Shown: positions 25,719-39,613 of the stretch, one piece after another
Layout: each line of letters starts with the position of its first letter
Numbering within the stretch: position 1 is the first letter of the stretch
Translations under genes and position numbers: made by a program
Notes under the pieces: generated by a model
The model's database searches: none
What the model was told of the DNA's origin: nothing
Seen by the model: the letters and a program-made list of their open reading frames with translations, nothing else
Assembly: GCA_951406725.2 (NCBI GenBank)
Contig: OX597829.1
Coordinates: 33,852,001 to 33,916,000 of the forward strand
Length of the DNA stretch: 64,000 bases
Reading direction: 5' to 3'
Origin: Octopus vulgaris
Lineage: Eukaryota

Positions 25719-26929
25719 GTAAATTGAAATACTTTTTTATGTTATATAACTAAAATTTAAAAATCTTCATTTGTTATGTATATTAATTGCTAAATCCTCA
25801 AATTGACATATTTCACTCGCTTTATACACCTTAACCCCCATGAAAATCACTATTCTGAATGCCATCTGCTACAGTAGTATAAAATGCTTGCCATCAAAAT
25901 CTATTTGTTCATCTTGAAAATCTTTCAGATTACTGTTATAATAAACACTTTCCTTGCTAATGTCTTCCACTTGAACTATCCATGTTCCTCAAAATTCCAT
26001 TAATACACTTCAACATTTATAGTCAATTTTGGGGAAGGCTTGTCATCAATCTTTTGGATTTATTCCAACTATTTTTTAACTAATTTATGGAAGTAGTTTT
26101 TCGTGAGGTTGCTTGTAATGTACATTGTGTTGATATGTGGTATTGTGTGATAATTTATTGTCTGGCACATTCATTACTCCATAATGCATTTGAAATTAAG
26201 AGTAAGAATTGAAACTTTGAAGAACTAAGATCAGAAAACTTTTAATGACTATTCATACAAACACATATACCACTGTATATATAATTTTCCTTCTGCTTTA
26301 GTAGCAACGTAGTAATACAAAACACTCATCTTTTAATTTTTTTGCACTATGGTAATATTGTGTCAATAAATTTATAAATCTACATTGTAAATTTCTTAGA
26401 ATTCTTGCATCTGACTGATGTTTACTTCATTAGTCTTGTTCCTTCATTCTTTCTTTGAGAGTCATCACTGGTTCACCAGGCACACTGCTTTTTTCATGTT
26501 TTCCTTAGTCCACAATTCTATGGATATGTCTTATTGTTTGCTCATTGCAATAATTCTTTCATAGCCATAAGAGAAGACACCCTGGCTTTACCCTGTCTTT
26601 TCTTATTCTTCTAAATATCAGTAGTTATATCATTAGATTTCTAAAACATTCAACGTATCTTGAAAGAATATAGATTTCATTTCTTGAGTTATACAACATT
26701 GAAAAATCATGACTTTCTGTTAGTATGCCAGGAATATGACTGCATTTTGTATGTCATACAGTACTTGCACTGAATAAGTTCTTAACCAGCTCTACACTTC
26801 TATGGAGCCAAATAATAGCATCAATATAATATATTAGGGATACTTAAAACAGTAGAATCTTATATAGTCTTATTTTTTAATGATTGATTTGAAATGCAAA
26901 CTTAATTTTTCTCCTTTTATCTCGTATAG

Positions 26930-27010
26930 ATATGTATATTGTGAAAAATGCTTTCAAGAAATCCAAGGAGAGGAAGTGGAATTAGCAGATGATCCATCCC
27001 AGCCTGTTAC
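26930..27010 (+). CDS. CREBBP: CBP/p300 exon, RING (81 nt)
   Basis: YVYCEKCFQEIQGEEVELADDPSQPVT; TATAG and GTGAGT boundaries. Confidence 0.96.
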
Positions 27011-28029
27011 GTGAGTATGACTTTACAATTGAGATGCATTTTCTATTAAAAAAAAAAGTTAATGGCATTCTTAAGGGGAAAAAAAAAACTTGTAGAAAAT
27101 TCAAAACTTTGTTAACTGCCAAAGGCATTCAGTTAAAAAGGTAAGGAATTTTCCTAGCACCTGTCCTTCAATTCCAAACAGTTTCATTTACAGATTCTTT
27201 GAAATCTATCTTTATTTCATTAAATGTACATGTGATTGATAAATAGTGACTGATAATACTGTCATTTTGCTTTTATTCTCCCTTGTAATTGTTAATGTAT
27301 ATTTTAGTTTTGTTTAAAATTGTTAATCTCCCAATATTTTTCATTTTAAATCCAGTTTTCTGTTTAGTTGTGATTTTCATTCAGTTCTAATGAATTCTTG
27401 GTATATTTGGTGTGTGCAATGTTTGAATTTTTTTTTTTTTTTTTTTTGTTTGCACTTTTAATTTACTAAAGTTGGGAAAATGAAAACAGAAGCTATAAAA
27501 AATTATGAAATATTTATTGAATGCATTTACAACTCAAAACTTCAATATCTTCACTTCATTAACTTGGGTTTTCTTATGATAAGCTAGATTTCCTCTAATA
27601 ATTCAAATTTTCTTATTAGTTAGGCATTGAGAAGATTATATTTTATTAAAAAAAAAACAAAAAATAAACTTAAAATTCAGAGGAGATGCAAATTTCAAAA
27701 TTATAACATTTCATCAGTTATTTAATTTAGTTTCTATAATTTTCTTAAATGCTAAAAATTTAGTTTTACAATATTTATTTCCACCAACTCTCTCTCCCTC
27801 ATGGTTTAGCTGTGTACGTAGTTTGTTATTCTCTCTCTCTCTCTGTAAGAATGGTGTGTATGTATGTGTGTTTGTGTGAGAGAGAGTGTGTGTATATATA
27901 TGTCTATACGTACGTATGTGTGTGTGTGTATATATATATATGTGTGTGTACTGTATTGCAGACATGTATTACACAAACTACTGGGATGAATGAGAATGAT
28001 TTATAAATTGAACATTAAGTGTAGGCACA

Positions 28030-29370
28030 TAGTCGTCTTCAGAATTACTCATAACCTTGTTAATTTTTGTGATAAAATGAATGCATTTTGTCGAGTTTGT
28101 TTATGAGTTATACGTGACCAACAAGTGAAAATATAGCAACAAAACACAATTCAAGAAATTCTTCATTTCAGGGTCTTTCTATTCATGGGTTTTCAAAAAA
28201 TGCCATGTTCAAAATTATTCAAAGCCTAGTTTTACTGAGTCCAATGCCTTCCTTTAATAGTCACTAGCATAGCCTTTGTTTTTTATGACTGTTTAGAGAC
28301 AATTATTGTATGATGTTGGCCCACTCTTTCCTTGGTGAAAGCCTCAAGCTAGGTCAGATTGATTGGTTTCCTAGCCATCACTCTGGTCTTCAGGTCTCGC
28401 CACAAGTTGTCAGCTATTCTAGGATGTTCTTGAACCATTTCTTCGCTACCATGGTGGTATATTTCAGATTATTGTCCTGCTGGTGGCCGAGTTGGAGTTT
28501 TTCAGTGAATTCCTTCGTGTTTTCATCAAGGATCCTGATGTAATCCTCCTTTCTCATGATTCCTTAGAACTTGTCAAGTTCCCTGTGACACTGAAAGAGA
28601 AGCATCCCCATAGCATTGTTTCCACCACCATGCCTGATGGTGGGCACAATGTTCTTTGGCTTGTATGTTTCTTCTTTCTTCCTCCAGATATATTCAGCAT
28701 CCATATAGCCAAATAACTCCAACTTCATCTCATGAGACCACAGGATGGTTGACCAAAAGTTGGGATCTTGCTTCAGATGACCTCTAGCAAAAGCCAGGTG
28801 ATCCTCCAGATGTTTCTTCCTGAGCAGCAGCATCTTCCAAGGACTATGTCCATGGAGACCTCCTCTGTGCAAGACTACTCAATGATGGATCATGACATCT
28901 TGTTAACTTCTCGGCAGATTTTCATGGCAAGTTTGGGTGACACCTTACGCTTTCTGCCATGCCCACTGAGGTTTTTAAGAGTGTTGAACCTCTTGTGCTT
29001 CTTAATTATGCTCTGGATGGTTGCTACAGGGACATCATACTGCTTTGAAATGGCCTTGTAACCCTTTTCTTCACTGTGGGCATGCAAAAGACATTGACAT
29101 AGGTCCTCATTGAACTTCTTCTTGGCCATGATCATCAGAAACTGAAAATGACCTGAACACTTTTCCTCTATTTATATCTGGCCTAGCTTGAGGCTTTCAC
29201 CAAGGAAGAGTGGGCTAATAAATAGCCCACAGGAGACATGCAAGAAGCTTGTGGATACATACAAGAATCATCTAGAAGCAGTCATAAAAAAACAAAGTCT
29301 GTTTTTTGACTATTAAAGAAAGGTATTTGACTCAGTAAATCTAGGGTATGAATGATTTTGAACATGCAGG
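28030..29370 (-). mobile_element. Tc1-family transposon, degraded, with long inverted repeats
   Basis: KGYKAISK, SGHGRKRK, FWSTILWSHEMKLELFG and PTIRHGGG motifs; TATAAA upstream of the ATG; inverted repeats 28204-28359 and 29178-29366. Confidence 0.9.
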
Positions 29371-29627
29371 TTAATTTGTTCAACTAAATTCTTCAAGGTC
29401 ATGCTCTAATATAGCCCCAGTTTAGTGACTGAGGCAAGCAAACGATAAAATAAAATTGTGTGTGTATATATTTGAATGCATATAAATGTGTAAAGGTGGC
29501 ATGAAACAAAGGTTGGGCTCAGTATGTTTTGCAATTATGAGAGCAGTTTGCTGGAACATGTGTGTTCTATTAAAAATATTTGCAACCATAGCTGTTATAT
29601 GTATGTGTTATATATTTGTGTGAACTG

Positions 29628-29672
<45 letters not shown>

Positions 29673-30554
29673 AACACGTCTATACATGTTTATATATTTC
29701 TGTGTTTGTGTTCGTATTCATGCATATATATTCATATACTATATTATTAAAGCTGCAAAATTATAACAAAATATCACAAAATCTGCTACTCAGTTCCCAT
29801 TCATCAAACAGTTGTGATTGAGGATGGAAGATTATGATTAAGGTCATACATATAAATAAATTAACATTGACATACACATCTGAATCTGATTGGTCATTTC
29901 ACCTAACAGTTGTTTTTATTTTTTAGAAATGGTAAATATAAATAAAACATCAAAAATTAAAAGGCTTAATTATTTGTATTGTTTAAAATCAAAGAATACC
30001 TTAAATCAAAATAAATATTAATTTAAAAGGAAAAGCATATATGCCCAGAGTAAATTAATTAATATTAAGTATGTTTGATTGATATAAAAGTTTGTTTTGA
30101 ATAAAATATTCCGTTGCAGAAGTCTAAAAGCATAAAAACATACACATGTTATTCACACACATACAAAATACATAGATCATTATAATTACATACACTAAAA
30201 ACATGCAAACACATACAGAAGCTGATACATATAACAGGCAAATATAAATATCTACATACATATATATATACACAATACATCCCCTTGCGTATGTATTGTC
30301 TCTATACACGTTGCTGTTGCTAGTTAAAGAAAGGGGATGTATTGTGTATGTATATGTCTGTGTGTGTGTGTGTATATATATATGTGTGTGTGTGTGTAGG
30401 TATTTATATTTGTTTGTATATGTTTCTATGTATGTATCAGCTTCTGTACGTGTTTGCATAATATGTTTGTGTTTTATCTTTATATATATATATATATATA
30501 AAAGAAGAAAAAATGGGATTAAAAAATCCTAATAGACATCAATTAAGCACTCAG

Positions 30555-30765
30555 TAGGCTGCACCAGGCTCCAATCTGATCTGGCAAGGTTTTTACAGCT
30601 TGATGCCCTTCCTGACACCAATCAAGATTTTGTGGGTGCTTTTTACATGCCACCCGCACAGGAGCCAGTCAGTTGGCACTGGCATTGACCACGTATGGAT
30701 GGTGCTTTTTATGTGCCCCAGCACAAGTACCAGTCAGGCAGCACTGACATCGGCCACAACTACAA
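30555..30765 (-). mobile_element. RTE-family 3' UTR fragment with two repeat cores
   Basis: GGTGCTTTTTACATGCCACC and GGTGCTTTTTATGTGCC are reverse complements of the array core. Confidence 0.75.
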
Positions 30766-31244
30766 TTTCCATTTTGATTTTTATAATATTTAAGAGGAGA
30801 ATTCAAGTAGGTTCAACAATTTATATAAACATATATTCAGCCATAAATCAATGTATATCAGTTATTAAAATATATTAATGTATCACTTATTAAAATATTA
30901 AAAACTTATGAATACATAAATATACAAATATTTACATATATGGGTAGAATATCAGATCAACATATAAAAATGTTGATGTATAGAATTATATATAAACATC
31001 TTGAACTACTGTCTTATCAATAAATTAAAAGTGTTGTTAAAAATATTAAAGGATATAAGTATAAGTCCTTATGAAAAATTGAATGAATGAAGTTTTAAGC
31101 ACGGAAGTTGGGGTTTCTAAAGAACAGATGTAGGTAATCCAGTTTAAATAAATAGGTAGTGGTGTTCCAACAGCCATTTCAGGGGTGCAGTAATCCAGAT
31201 TTGAGGGTATACTTAAATAAAGGTATGTCTAATAGATAGTATAA

Positions 31245-31530
31245 AAATTACTTCCCAACCACACAGTTCTGGCTTCAGTCTCACTGCATGGTACCTTGGG
31301 CAAGTGTTTTCTGCTATAGCCTCTGGCCGATCAAAGCCTTGTGAGTGGATTTGTTAGGAGAGAAATTGTATATATACACATATTTATATGTTTGTGTGTC
31401 TGTGTTTGTCCTCCACCATTTCTTAATCAGGGATGTATGTTGATGTGTTCACGTCCCTGCAACTTAGTGGTTCTAGTAAAGGCAGTGCTCAGTATGGCCG
31501 CAGTCAAATAACTGAAACAAGTAAAAGACA
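31245..31530 (+). mobile_element. SINE family A with CR1-like 3' tail
   Basis: CCTTGGGCAAGTG and AAAGCCTTGTGAGTGGATTTG motifs; tail ATGGCCGCAGTCAAATAACTGAAACAAGTAAAAGA. Confidence 0.8.
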
Positions 31531-31611
31531 GTGTGTGTGTGTGTATATAGGTTTGTATATGTGTGTTTGTGTATGTATATATATATATATATCTGTGGGT
31601 ATATGTGTAAA

Positions 31612-31872
31612 TAGCACCATTTGAGCATGGTCAATGCCAGTACCACCTGACTGGCCCCCGTGCAGGTAACATGTAAAAAAGCTCCATTCAAGTGTGGTTG
31701 TTGCCGGTGCCTGGCTCCCGTGCCATTGGCATATAAAAGCACTCGCTACACTGTCAGAGTGGTTGGCATTAGGAAGAACAGATTGGAGCCTGGCACAACT
31801 CCTGGTTTGCCAGTCCTTGGTCTAACCGTCCAACCAATGCCAGCATGGAAAGTGGATGTTAAAAAGTGATGT
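31612..31872 (+). mobile_element. RTE-family 3' UTR fragment with repeat units and tail
   Basis: Matches 19010-19365. Confidence 0.8.
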
Positions 31873-31894
31873 TGTATACATATGTATTTGTAAT

Positions 31895-32075
31895 ATTCTT
31901 TTACTTGTTTCAGTCATTTGACTGTAGCCATGCTGGAGCACTGCCTTTTGGTGGAGCAAATCGACCCTTGGACTTATTCTATAGGTCACTTTTGCTGAAA
32001 CACTGAGTTACGGGGATGTAAATTGCACCAGTATCAGTTGTCAAGCAATGTTGGGGGTGCAAGCATAGACACACA
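31895..32075 (-). mobile_element. SINE family A, 3' half
   Basis: CTTTTACTTGTTTCAGTCATTTGACTG is the reverse complement of the family tail. Confidence 0.75.
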
Positions 32076-33689
32076 TACATATTTATATAAACTGCTACCT
32101 AATCACTTGGTACTATGCACCATTTTGATTCCAATAGTTTCATGGTATTCCTTAACATGAACAGAATGATAGCAGGTAGAATTCTAAGGACAAGGTAGAG
32201 GCTGACTCTGATGCTGCTGGTTCTTGATGCGTCATCTTCAAAGCAATTCATTGTTGTTTTCTTAATCTTTAACTTTGAATGAATTTGATGTTGTCATTAG
32301 AGAACAGCCAAGTCAAATATTCTGAGTTGAATGACTTCTCCAGATAGTGGAGATGTTACCAATATGCATAATTTTAAAGGTGTTGATGTCAATGCATGCC
32401 CTCTCACATATTTACGATGGTTGCAAGGTGAGGAATGCAGTCTCCTCATATCAAATAGTTCATCAGTACGAAGAGTGATGTTTCCTCCCAACTGCACTGG
32501 TCAAAAATTATCAGTGACTTCTAATAATTTCACTGCAGCCAGTCTGTATATTTCTTGCAGGATTGTAATATTTGTATGTGTGTATAGATATATATATATG
32601 CATCTATATATATAGGTATACATAATGCTGCTACACTAGTCACTGGGCATTATGCCTTCCTGCATAACAGGAATTTGAGGCAAAGTGTGGAACTTTCGTC
32701 GTCATCGTTATGTATCTAACAGTTTCTAGTATGACAGCAGTTTGAATCCCCAAGAGTCGAAGAGTTGGGAGTTGACAGTTCTAGTTGGTGTCTTGTGGAG
32801 CTATCAGTGATGGTCAGACAGAAGTTAGTGTATTACTATTCTAGTACGAAGAGATAGGATAGTAACTGATGACCAGTGACTGTTGTGGCTACAAGCGTAA
32901 AACAGTGTTTGACCCTTCTGTCTGGCACTAGTCGCCATGATAGATCGTTAGCCACTACACACATTTTTTTCTCTCCTTGTTTTTTCTGTGTTCCTTTCTG
33001 TAGAAGAGCGTAGGCTCGAAACATAAAAGACTTTTTCTATTCCTGAGCGTTATACTAATACATCTGTTTGTTTTGTAGACCACCTGTCTTCGTCTTTTGT
33101 TTTTTTCATAAACTCTCCATATATATATATATATATATATATATGGAAAGATAGATAGATAGATAGATGTGTGTATTTTTCCCTGAAGAGAAGATTACAT
33201 TGTTTTACACCGTTTTATTCCTTTGGAATAATATCAGTGATATCTTCAAAACATGTGTCAGAAGTAAAAGAATTTGAATAACTCCGATGATGATGATATG
33301 TATGTATGAATGTATGTATGTAAACAAATTAAATAGATTCACTTGAAAATCCAATAATTTATTCATATTATAAGATAATAAATTATTAAAAAACCTAATA
33401 GCAATTTCTTTTGACCTATATACATTGATATACATACATATATCAGATGCAGCACAGAGTTCTGTCAGTGAGCAGCTTGCAGTCTTAAAGCGACGAAAAT
33501 ATTTTGACAAATTAAGTTTAAATGTTGAAGTGAATCTAACGATTTTGTGTATTTTTTAAATACCTTGTAAACACCTTCTACATTGCAGTTGTTTATGTGT
33601 GTGTGTGTGTATTAATAATAATACTAATATGACAAAAAAGAATGAATGAGACTTCGATATTATGTAAATAGAGTAATTATATATGTATT

Positions 33690-33726
<37 letters not shown>

Positions 33727-33737
33727 TAATTATAAAC

Positions 33738-33773
<36 letters not shown>

Positions 33774-33793
33774 ATGTATACACACATTTATAT

Positions 33794-33875
33794 GGGCAAG
33801 TGTCTTCTAATATAGCCTCGGGTCGACCAAAGCCTTGTGAGTGCACTTGTTAGACGGAAACTGAAAGAAGCATGT

Positions 33876-33932
<57 letters not shown>

Positions 33933-34125
33933 CTGTGTTTGTCCCTCCCTATCATCGCTTGACAACCGATGGTTGTGGGTTTATGTCCACATAACTTAGT
34001 GGTTCAGTAAAAGACACCGATAGAATAGGTCCTAGTGATACAAAGAATGTCCTGGGGTTGATTTGTTTGACTAAAGGTGGTGTTCCAGCATGGTCTCAGT
34101 CAAATGACAGAAACAAATATAAGAA
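33794..34125 (+). mobile_element. SINE family A with internal (TA)n(TG)n
   Basis: GGGCAAGTGTCTTCT..CCAAAGCCTTGTGAG..GGTGGTGTTCCAGCATGG tail. Confidence 0.8.
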
Positions 34126-34207
34126 AAAAAAATTATATAATATATATTTATATATATGTATGTATATATGTGTGAGTGTTTTTGTGTATATATATGTGTG
34201 TGTATGT

Positions 34208-34345
34208 ATCATCATCTTCGTTTAACGTCTGTTTTCCATGCTAGCATGGGTTAGACGGTTCGACTGGGGTCTGGGAAGCCAGGAGGCTACACCAGGCTCG
34301 TCTGATCTGGCAGTGTTTCTACAGGTGGATGCCCTTCCTAACGTC
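34208..34345 (-). mobile_element. RTE-family 3' tail
   Basis: Reverse complement of 38750-38890. Confidence 0.85.
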
Positions 34346-34439
34346 AGTATGCTGACCGGTGTCATTGAGTATAGTCTTACTGCCTTGTGGTGCATCTTTG
34401 TTTTGCAGTACTTCTCTCTTGTTCATCAAGTTTTGCATT

Positions 34440-34850
34440 CGCTGAAATGTGCTTTCATGAAATTGAATTTTCTGCTGGGAAAATTGATAGCTAAAACAGT
34501 TGTCATACTTCAAACAGCTTACAAAGACACTGCCCTGAACAAAACACAAGTTTACGAGTGATTGTCATGCTTTAGGACTTGAAGACCAACCTTGTTCAGG
34601 ACAACTATTGCCCTCCCGAAGGGATGAAAATCATCACAGAAATTCATGAACTGATCTTGGAGGACTGTCACCAAACAATTCACGAACTTGTTAATATGAT
34701 TGGAGCTCCTACCAATGAATTTTGAGCAAGGAATTGTGAATGAAAATAGTTGCAGTAAAATTTGTGCCTTGCTTGCTCATAGAACATCTAAAGTAGTCAT
34801 GACTGAATGTGTGCCATGAACTGAAAGAACAGTTGGAAGTTGATCCTAGG
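34440..34850 (+). mobile_element. Mariner transposase N-terminal remnant
   Basis: KTVVILQTAYKDTALNKTQVYE and AVKFVPCLL (WVPHxL-like) motifs. Confidence 0.7.
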
Positions 34851-34899
34851 TAGTAGAAATTATCCACTATCTCTAATGAGCCTCTAGGGCATTTGAGAA

Positions 34900-36240
34900 A
34901 ATCAATTTTTCCCAGTATCTTTAAGTTTATGACTCCTGTTCATACAAACTGCTTTCTCTGATAGCCTTCCTTTTATTCTGCTGTACCTTTTGTATGTCCA
35001 TAGCCTACACTGAGTACACTGTATGGAATTCTAGTCTACACCTTTCCTACGAATTGAGAAGGACCTACCTGATGAGGTAGGGTCTTGTCTGTTTTCTTGT
35101 TTACTAAGACCTTAGTCTTTGCTAAGTTAACCTTAAGGCCCTTAGATTCCAGGTTTTGCTTCCACACCTGGAATTTCTCTTCTAGCTCTGGTGTAGAATC
35201 TGTTGTGAGGGCTAGATTATCTGCATATAGTAGTTCCCAGGGACTACAAGTCTTAATTCCTTTGCTATGGCCTAGAGGACAATGATGAAAAGTAAGGGTA
35301 TGTGCCTTAATGAACGCCTTCCTGTACACTAAATTCTTCACTGTCTCAATAACTAGTGTCTCTAAACATGGCCTGTACCACCTCCACAAGTTACTTGTCT
35401 ACCTGTAGCCTCATCAGAGCCCACCATATGACACAGCGAGATACTCTATTGAAGGCTTTCTCACCAGATCAATGAATGCCAAGTATATTGGTTTACTCTT
35501 AGATAAGTACTTCCCTTGCTGTTGCCTATGAAAATAGCTTCTTCCCAGGGTGAAACAAAACTGCATTTCGTCTAGCCTAATTTTGCTACTAATTGGTGTC
35601 AATGTAGTCAGTCTAGCTGGCATGCTTACTAGATTGATTCAGATGGTTGCCAGGCTTTATGAACTTGGTGTTGCAGAACAGTAAGCCATGAGCGTTACAA
35701 AACTCCTGCGGCTTCATTTCTAGAGCCAAAGCTGTAGCCTTCATGCACACTATGAAATAAATCACGGTGTCTTTCATGTCCATTGAAGTCCCCTGTTATA
35801 ATGAGAGAATCGTCTTTCATTGTCGAGGCAGTCCTCTGAAGGGGTAGAAGTGCTCCTTTGGAGTATCTGGAAGTCCTGCATGCAAAGCTTATGCAGAGAT
35901 AACTGACACAGTTACATCAAACAAGGCTATTCTTAGCTTCATTACCCTTTCACGTAACCTGACTACCTCAACCACCTTATCCACTTATTTCTCTGCTAGT
36001 AGAATACCCACACCACCTCAACCATCATTGTTGCCTACCCAGAAAAAGTTGTATGTCTCTAGCCCATAAGCAGTCTAGTTGAGGCTCCCTTCCATCATAC
36101 TTCTTGCACACAGCATACACCTACATTTCTCTACTATAGCATTTCAGCTATCCCTCAATACCTACTTTTCATTGTGCCAACATCGATTTTTGCAGTTCTG
36201 AGCTTGTAGAACTGGAGAGAAGGTGGGATGTTTTTTAGAT
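34900..36240 (-). mobile_element. Degraded RTE LINE, APE plus partial RT
   Basis: PWELLYADNLAL..KGLKVNLAKTK, LDEMQFCF and an APE N-terminus on the minus strand. Confidence 0.85.
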
Positions 36241-36464
36241 TCTTAAAAAAAAAAGATCTTGGGGTTGCATGTCTGGAGATAGTAACGTCCTTGTGCTTAG
36301 TGTGAAAAATACTGTTTCAGTTTCAACGTCCTCCTGTCCCATATACATGTACACAAATATGAATATGTGTGTGTATATATATGCGTGTATATATATGTAT
36401 ATCTATGTATATATATGTGTGTATATATATATACATATATGTATATCTATGTATATATATATAT

Positions 36465-38009
36465 AGCCTAGTCACCTGTATAGTTAATCAGGTGATACAT
36501 GAAGGAGTCATACCCAATGACTGGTGTAGCAGCATAATAGTCAACTGCTACAAAGGTAAAGGTGATGCCCTAGATACAAATAATTACAGAGGTATCAAGC
36601 TGTTGGATCAGGTGATGAAGGTTACAGAGAGGGTCATAAGCCAACTAATTAGAGAGAGAGTTAGTTTAGATGAGATGCAGTTTGGTTTCGTGCCAGGGAA
36701 AAGTACCACTGATGCTATATTCCTGGTAAGGCAGCTGCAGGAGAAATACCTAGCCAAAGATAAGGCCCTGTACCTGGCTTTTGTTGACATGGAGAAAGCC
36801 TTCGACAGGGTCCCCCGATCCCTCATATGGTGGTCAATGAGGAAACTAGGAATAGAAGAATGGTTAGTGAGAGCTGTGCAAGCCATGTACAGGGACGCTG
36901 CTAGTAAGGTGAGGGTTGGAAATGAGTACAGTGAAGAATTCCGGGTAGAGGTAGGGGTCCACCAAGGCTCAGTCCTCAGCCCCCTCCTATTTATCATAGT
37001 CCTCCAGGCAATAACGGAGGAATTCAAGACAGGATGCCCATGGGAGCTCCCCTATGCTGATGACCTTGCTCTAATTGCTGAGTCATTATCAGAACTGGAG
37101 AAGAAGTTTCAGGTGTGGAAGCATGGTTTAGAATCGAAGGGCCTTAGAGTCAACCGAGCTAAAACCAAAGTCCTAATAAGTAGGAAGGTAGACAAATCAC
37201 AAACGCCTTCAGGTAGATGGCCCTGCTCGATCTGTAGAAAAGGTGTAGGTAGAAACTCTATAAGATGCACCAAGTGTAAGCTATGGACACATAAGAGGTG
37301 CAGCAATGTCATAGGAAGGCTAACTAGGAAGATGGTTTTTGTATGTGGCAGATGCTCGGGAGCATTAACCTCTGAAAATCTGCAGAAAACAACTTCCGTC
37401 ACTTTCCAGGGGGAGAAACTAGAAGTAGTTGATAGCTTCCGTTATCTTGGTGACCAAGTCAGTAGTGGGGGTGGGTGTGCTGAAAGTGTAACGGCTAGAG
37501 TAAGAATAGCCTGGGCAAAGTTTAGGGAGCTCTTACCTCTGTTGGTGACTAAAGGCCTCTCGCTCAGAGTAAAAGGCAGACTGTATGATGCATGTGTACG
37601 AACAGCCATGCTACATGGCAGTGAAACATGGGCCGTGACTGCTGAGGACATGCGTAAGCTCGCGAGAAATGAAGCTAGTATGCTCCGTTGGATGTGTAAT
37701 GTCAGTGTTCATAGTCGACAGAGTGTAAGTACCTTGAGAGAAAAGTTGGACCTAAGAGGAATCAGATGTTGTGTGCAAGAGAGACGATTGCGCTGGTATG
37801 GTCATGTGGTGAGAATGGATGAAGATAGGTGTGTGAAAAAGTGCCACACCCTGGCAGTTGAGGGGACCTGTGGAAGAGGTAGACCCAGGAAAACCTGGGT
37901 CGAGGTGGTGAAGCACGACCTTCGAACTCTAGGTCTCACCAAGGAAATGACCAGAGACCGAGACCTATGGAAGTATGCTGTGCGTGAGAAGACCTGGCAA
38001 GACCAGTGA
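36465..38009 (+). CDS. RTE reverse transcriptase, 5'-truncated (no endonuclease, no native start), with a PHD-type zinc finger
   Basis: [50 protein letters not shown]; the ORF-track N-terminus (36369-36464) is microsatellite. Confidence 0.9.
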   Translation, partial: SLVTCIVNQVIHEGVIPNDWCSSIIVNCYKGKGDALDTNNYRGIKLLDQVMKVTERVISQLIRERVSLDEMQFGFVPGKSTTDAIFLVRQLQEKYLAKDKALYLAFVDMEKAFDRVPRSLIWWSMRKLGIEEWLVRAVQAMYRDAASKVRVGNEYSEEFRVEVGVHQGSVLSPLLFIIVLQAITEEFKTGCPWELPYADDLALIAESLSELEKKFQVWKHGLESKGLRVNRAKTKVLISRKVDKSQTPSGRWPCSICRKGVGRNSIRCTKCKLWTHKRCSNVIGRLTRKMVFVCGRCSGALTSENLQKTTSVTFQGEKLEVVDSFRYLGDQVSSGGGCAESVTARVRIAWAKFRELLPLLVTKGLSLRVKGRLYDACVRTAMLHGSETWAVTAEDMRKLARNEASMLRWMCNVSVHSRQSVSTLREKLDLRGIRCCVQERRLRWYGHVVRMDEDRCVKKCHTLAVEGTCGRGRPRKTWVEVVKHDLRTLGLTKEMTRDRDLWKYAVREKTWQDQ

Positions 38010-38057
38010 GAACAATCAAAATCAAATCATATATCAGAAAGCAGGGGTTAAGTGACA

Positions 38058-38730
38058 CATCCGTTCGTGTCCGCTGTCAGGCTGGTCGGCACCCGTGCCG
38101 GTGATACGTAAAAGCACCATTCGCTCATGACCGTTTGCCAGCTCTGCCTGGCCCCGTGTCGGTGGCATGTAAAAGCACCATCCGTTCGTGTTTGTTGCCA
38201 GCCTCGCCTGGCCCCGTGCCGGTGACACATAAAAGCACCGTCCGTTCGTGGCCGTTTGCCAGCTCTGTCTGGCCCCGTGTCGGTGGCACGTAAAAGCACC
38301 ATCCGTTCGTGGCCGTTTGCCAGCTCTGTCTGGCCCCATGTCGGTGGCACGTAAAAGCACCATCCGTCCGTGTCCGTTGCCAACCTCGGCTGGCCACCGT
38401 GCCGGTGGCACGTAAAAGCACCGTCCACTCGTGGCCGTTTGCCAGCTCTGTCTGGCAACCGTGTCGGTGGCACGTAAAAGCACCATCCGTTCGCGTCCGT
38501 TGCCAGCCTCAGATGGCCCCCGTGCCGGTGACACGTAAAAGCACCGTCCGTTCGTGGCCGGTTGCCAGCTCTGTCTGGCCCCGTGTCGGTGGCACGTAAA
38601 AGCACCATCCGTTCGTGTCCGTTGCCAGCATCGCCTGGCCCCGTGCCGGTGACACGTAAGAGCACCATCCGTTCGTGGCCGTTCGCCAGCTCTGTCTGGC
38701 ACCTGTGCAGGTGGCACGTAAAAAACACCC
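38058..38730 (+). repeat. Tandem array of 11 units of ~61 nt
   Basis: Core CGTGYCGGTGRCACGTAAAAGCACC recurs every 60-63 nt. Confidence 0.95.
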
Positions 38731-38903
38731 ACTACACTCGCGGAGTGGTTGGCGTTAGGAAGGGCATCCAGCCGTAGAAACACTGCCAGATCTGACTGGG
38801 CCTGACGAAGCCTTCCAGCTTCACAGACCCCAGTTGACCCGTCCAACCCATGCTAGCATGGAAAGCGGACGCTAAACGATGATGATGATGATGATGATGA
38901 TGA

Positions 38904-39611
<708 letters not shown>

Positions 39612-39613
39612 TT

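Larger units (their letters stand above)
36465..38903 (+). mobile_element. Young 5'-truncated RTE-clade LINE with 3' UTR tandem array and (GAT)n tail
   Basis: Uninterrupted frame to the stop at 38009, 3' UTR to 38903, (TA)n on both sides. Confidence 0.95.

Noticed and set aside
36369-38009. Autonomous active LINE or domesticated 546-aa gene
   Set aside because: The start lies in a microsatellite, the endonuclease is missing, and it has LPYADD where sister copies have LLYAD; it is a recent 5'-truncated copy.
38058-38730. CRISPR array next to an RT
   Set aside because: Inter-core segments are homologous rather than unique spacers, there are no cas genes, and the context is a eukaryotic LINE 3' UTR.
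38034-38846. Minus-strand ORFs of 270 and 226 aa
   Set aside because: Products of a GC-rich tandem repeat whose unit length shifts frame; no protein signature.
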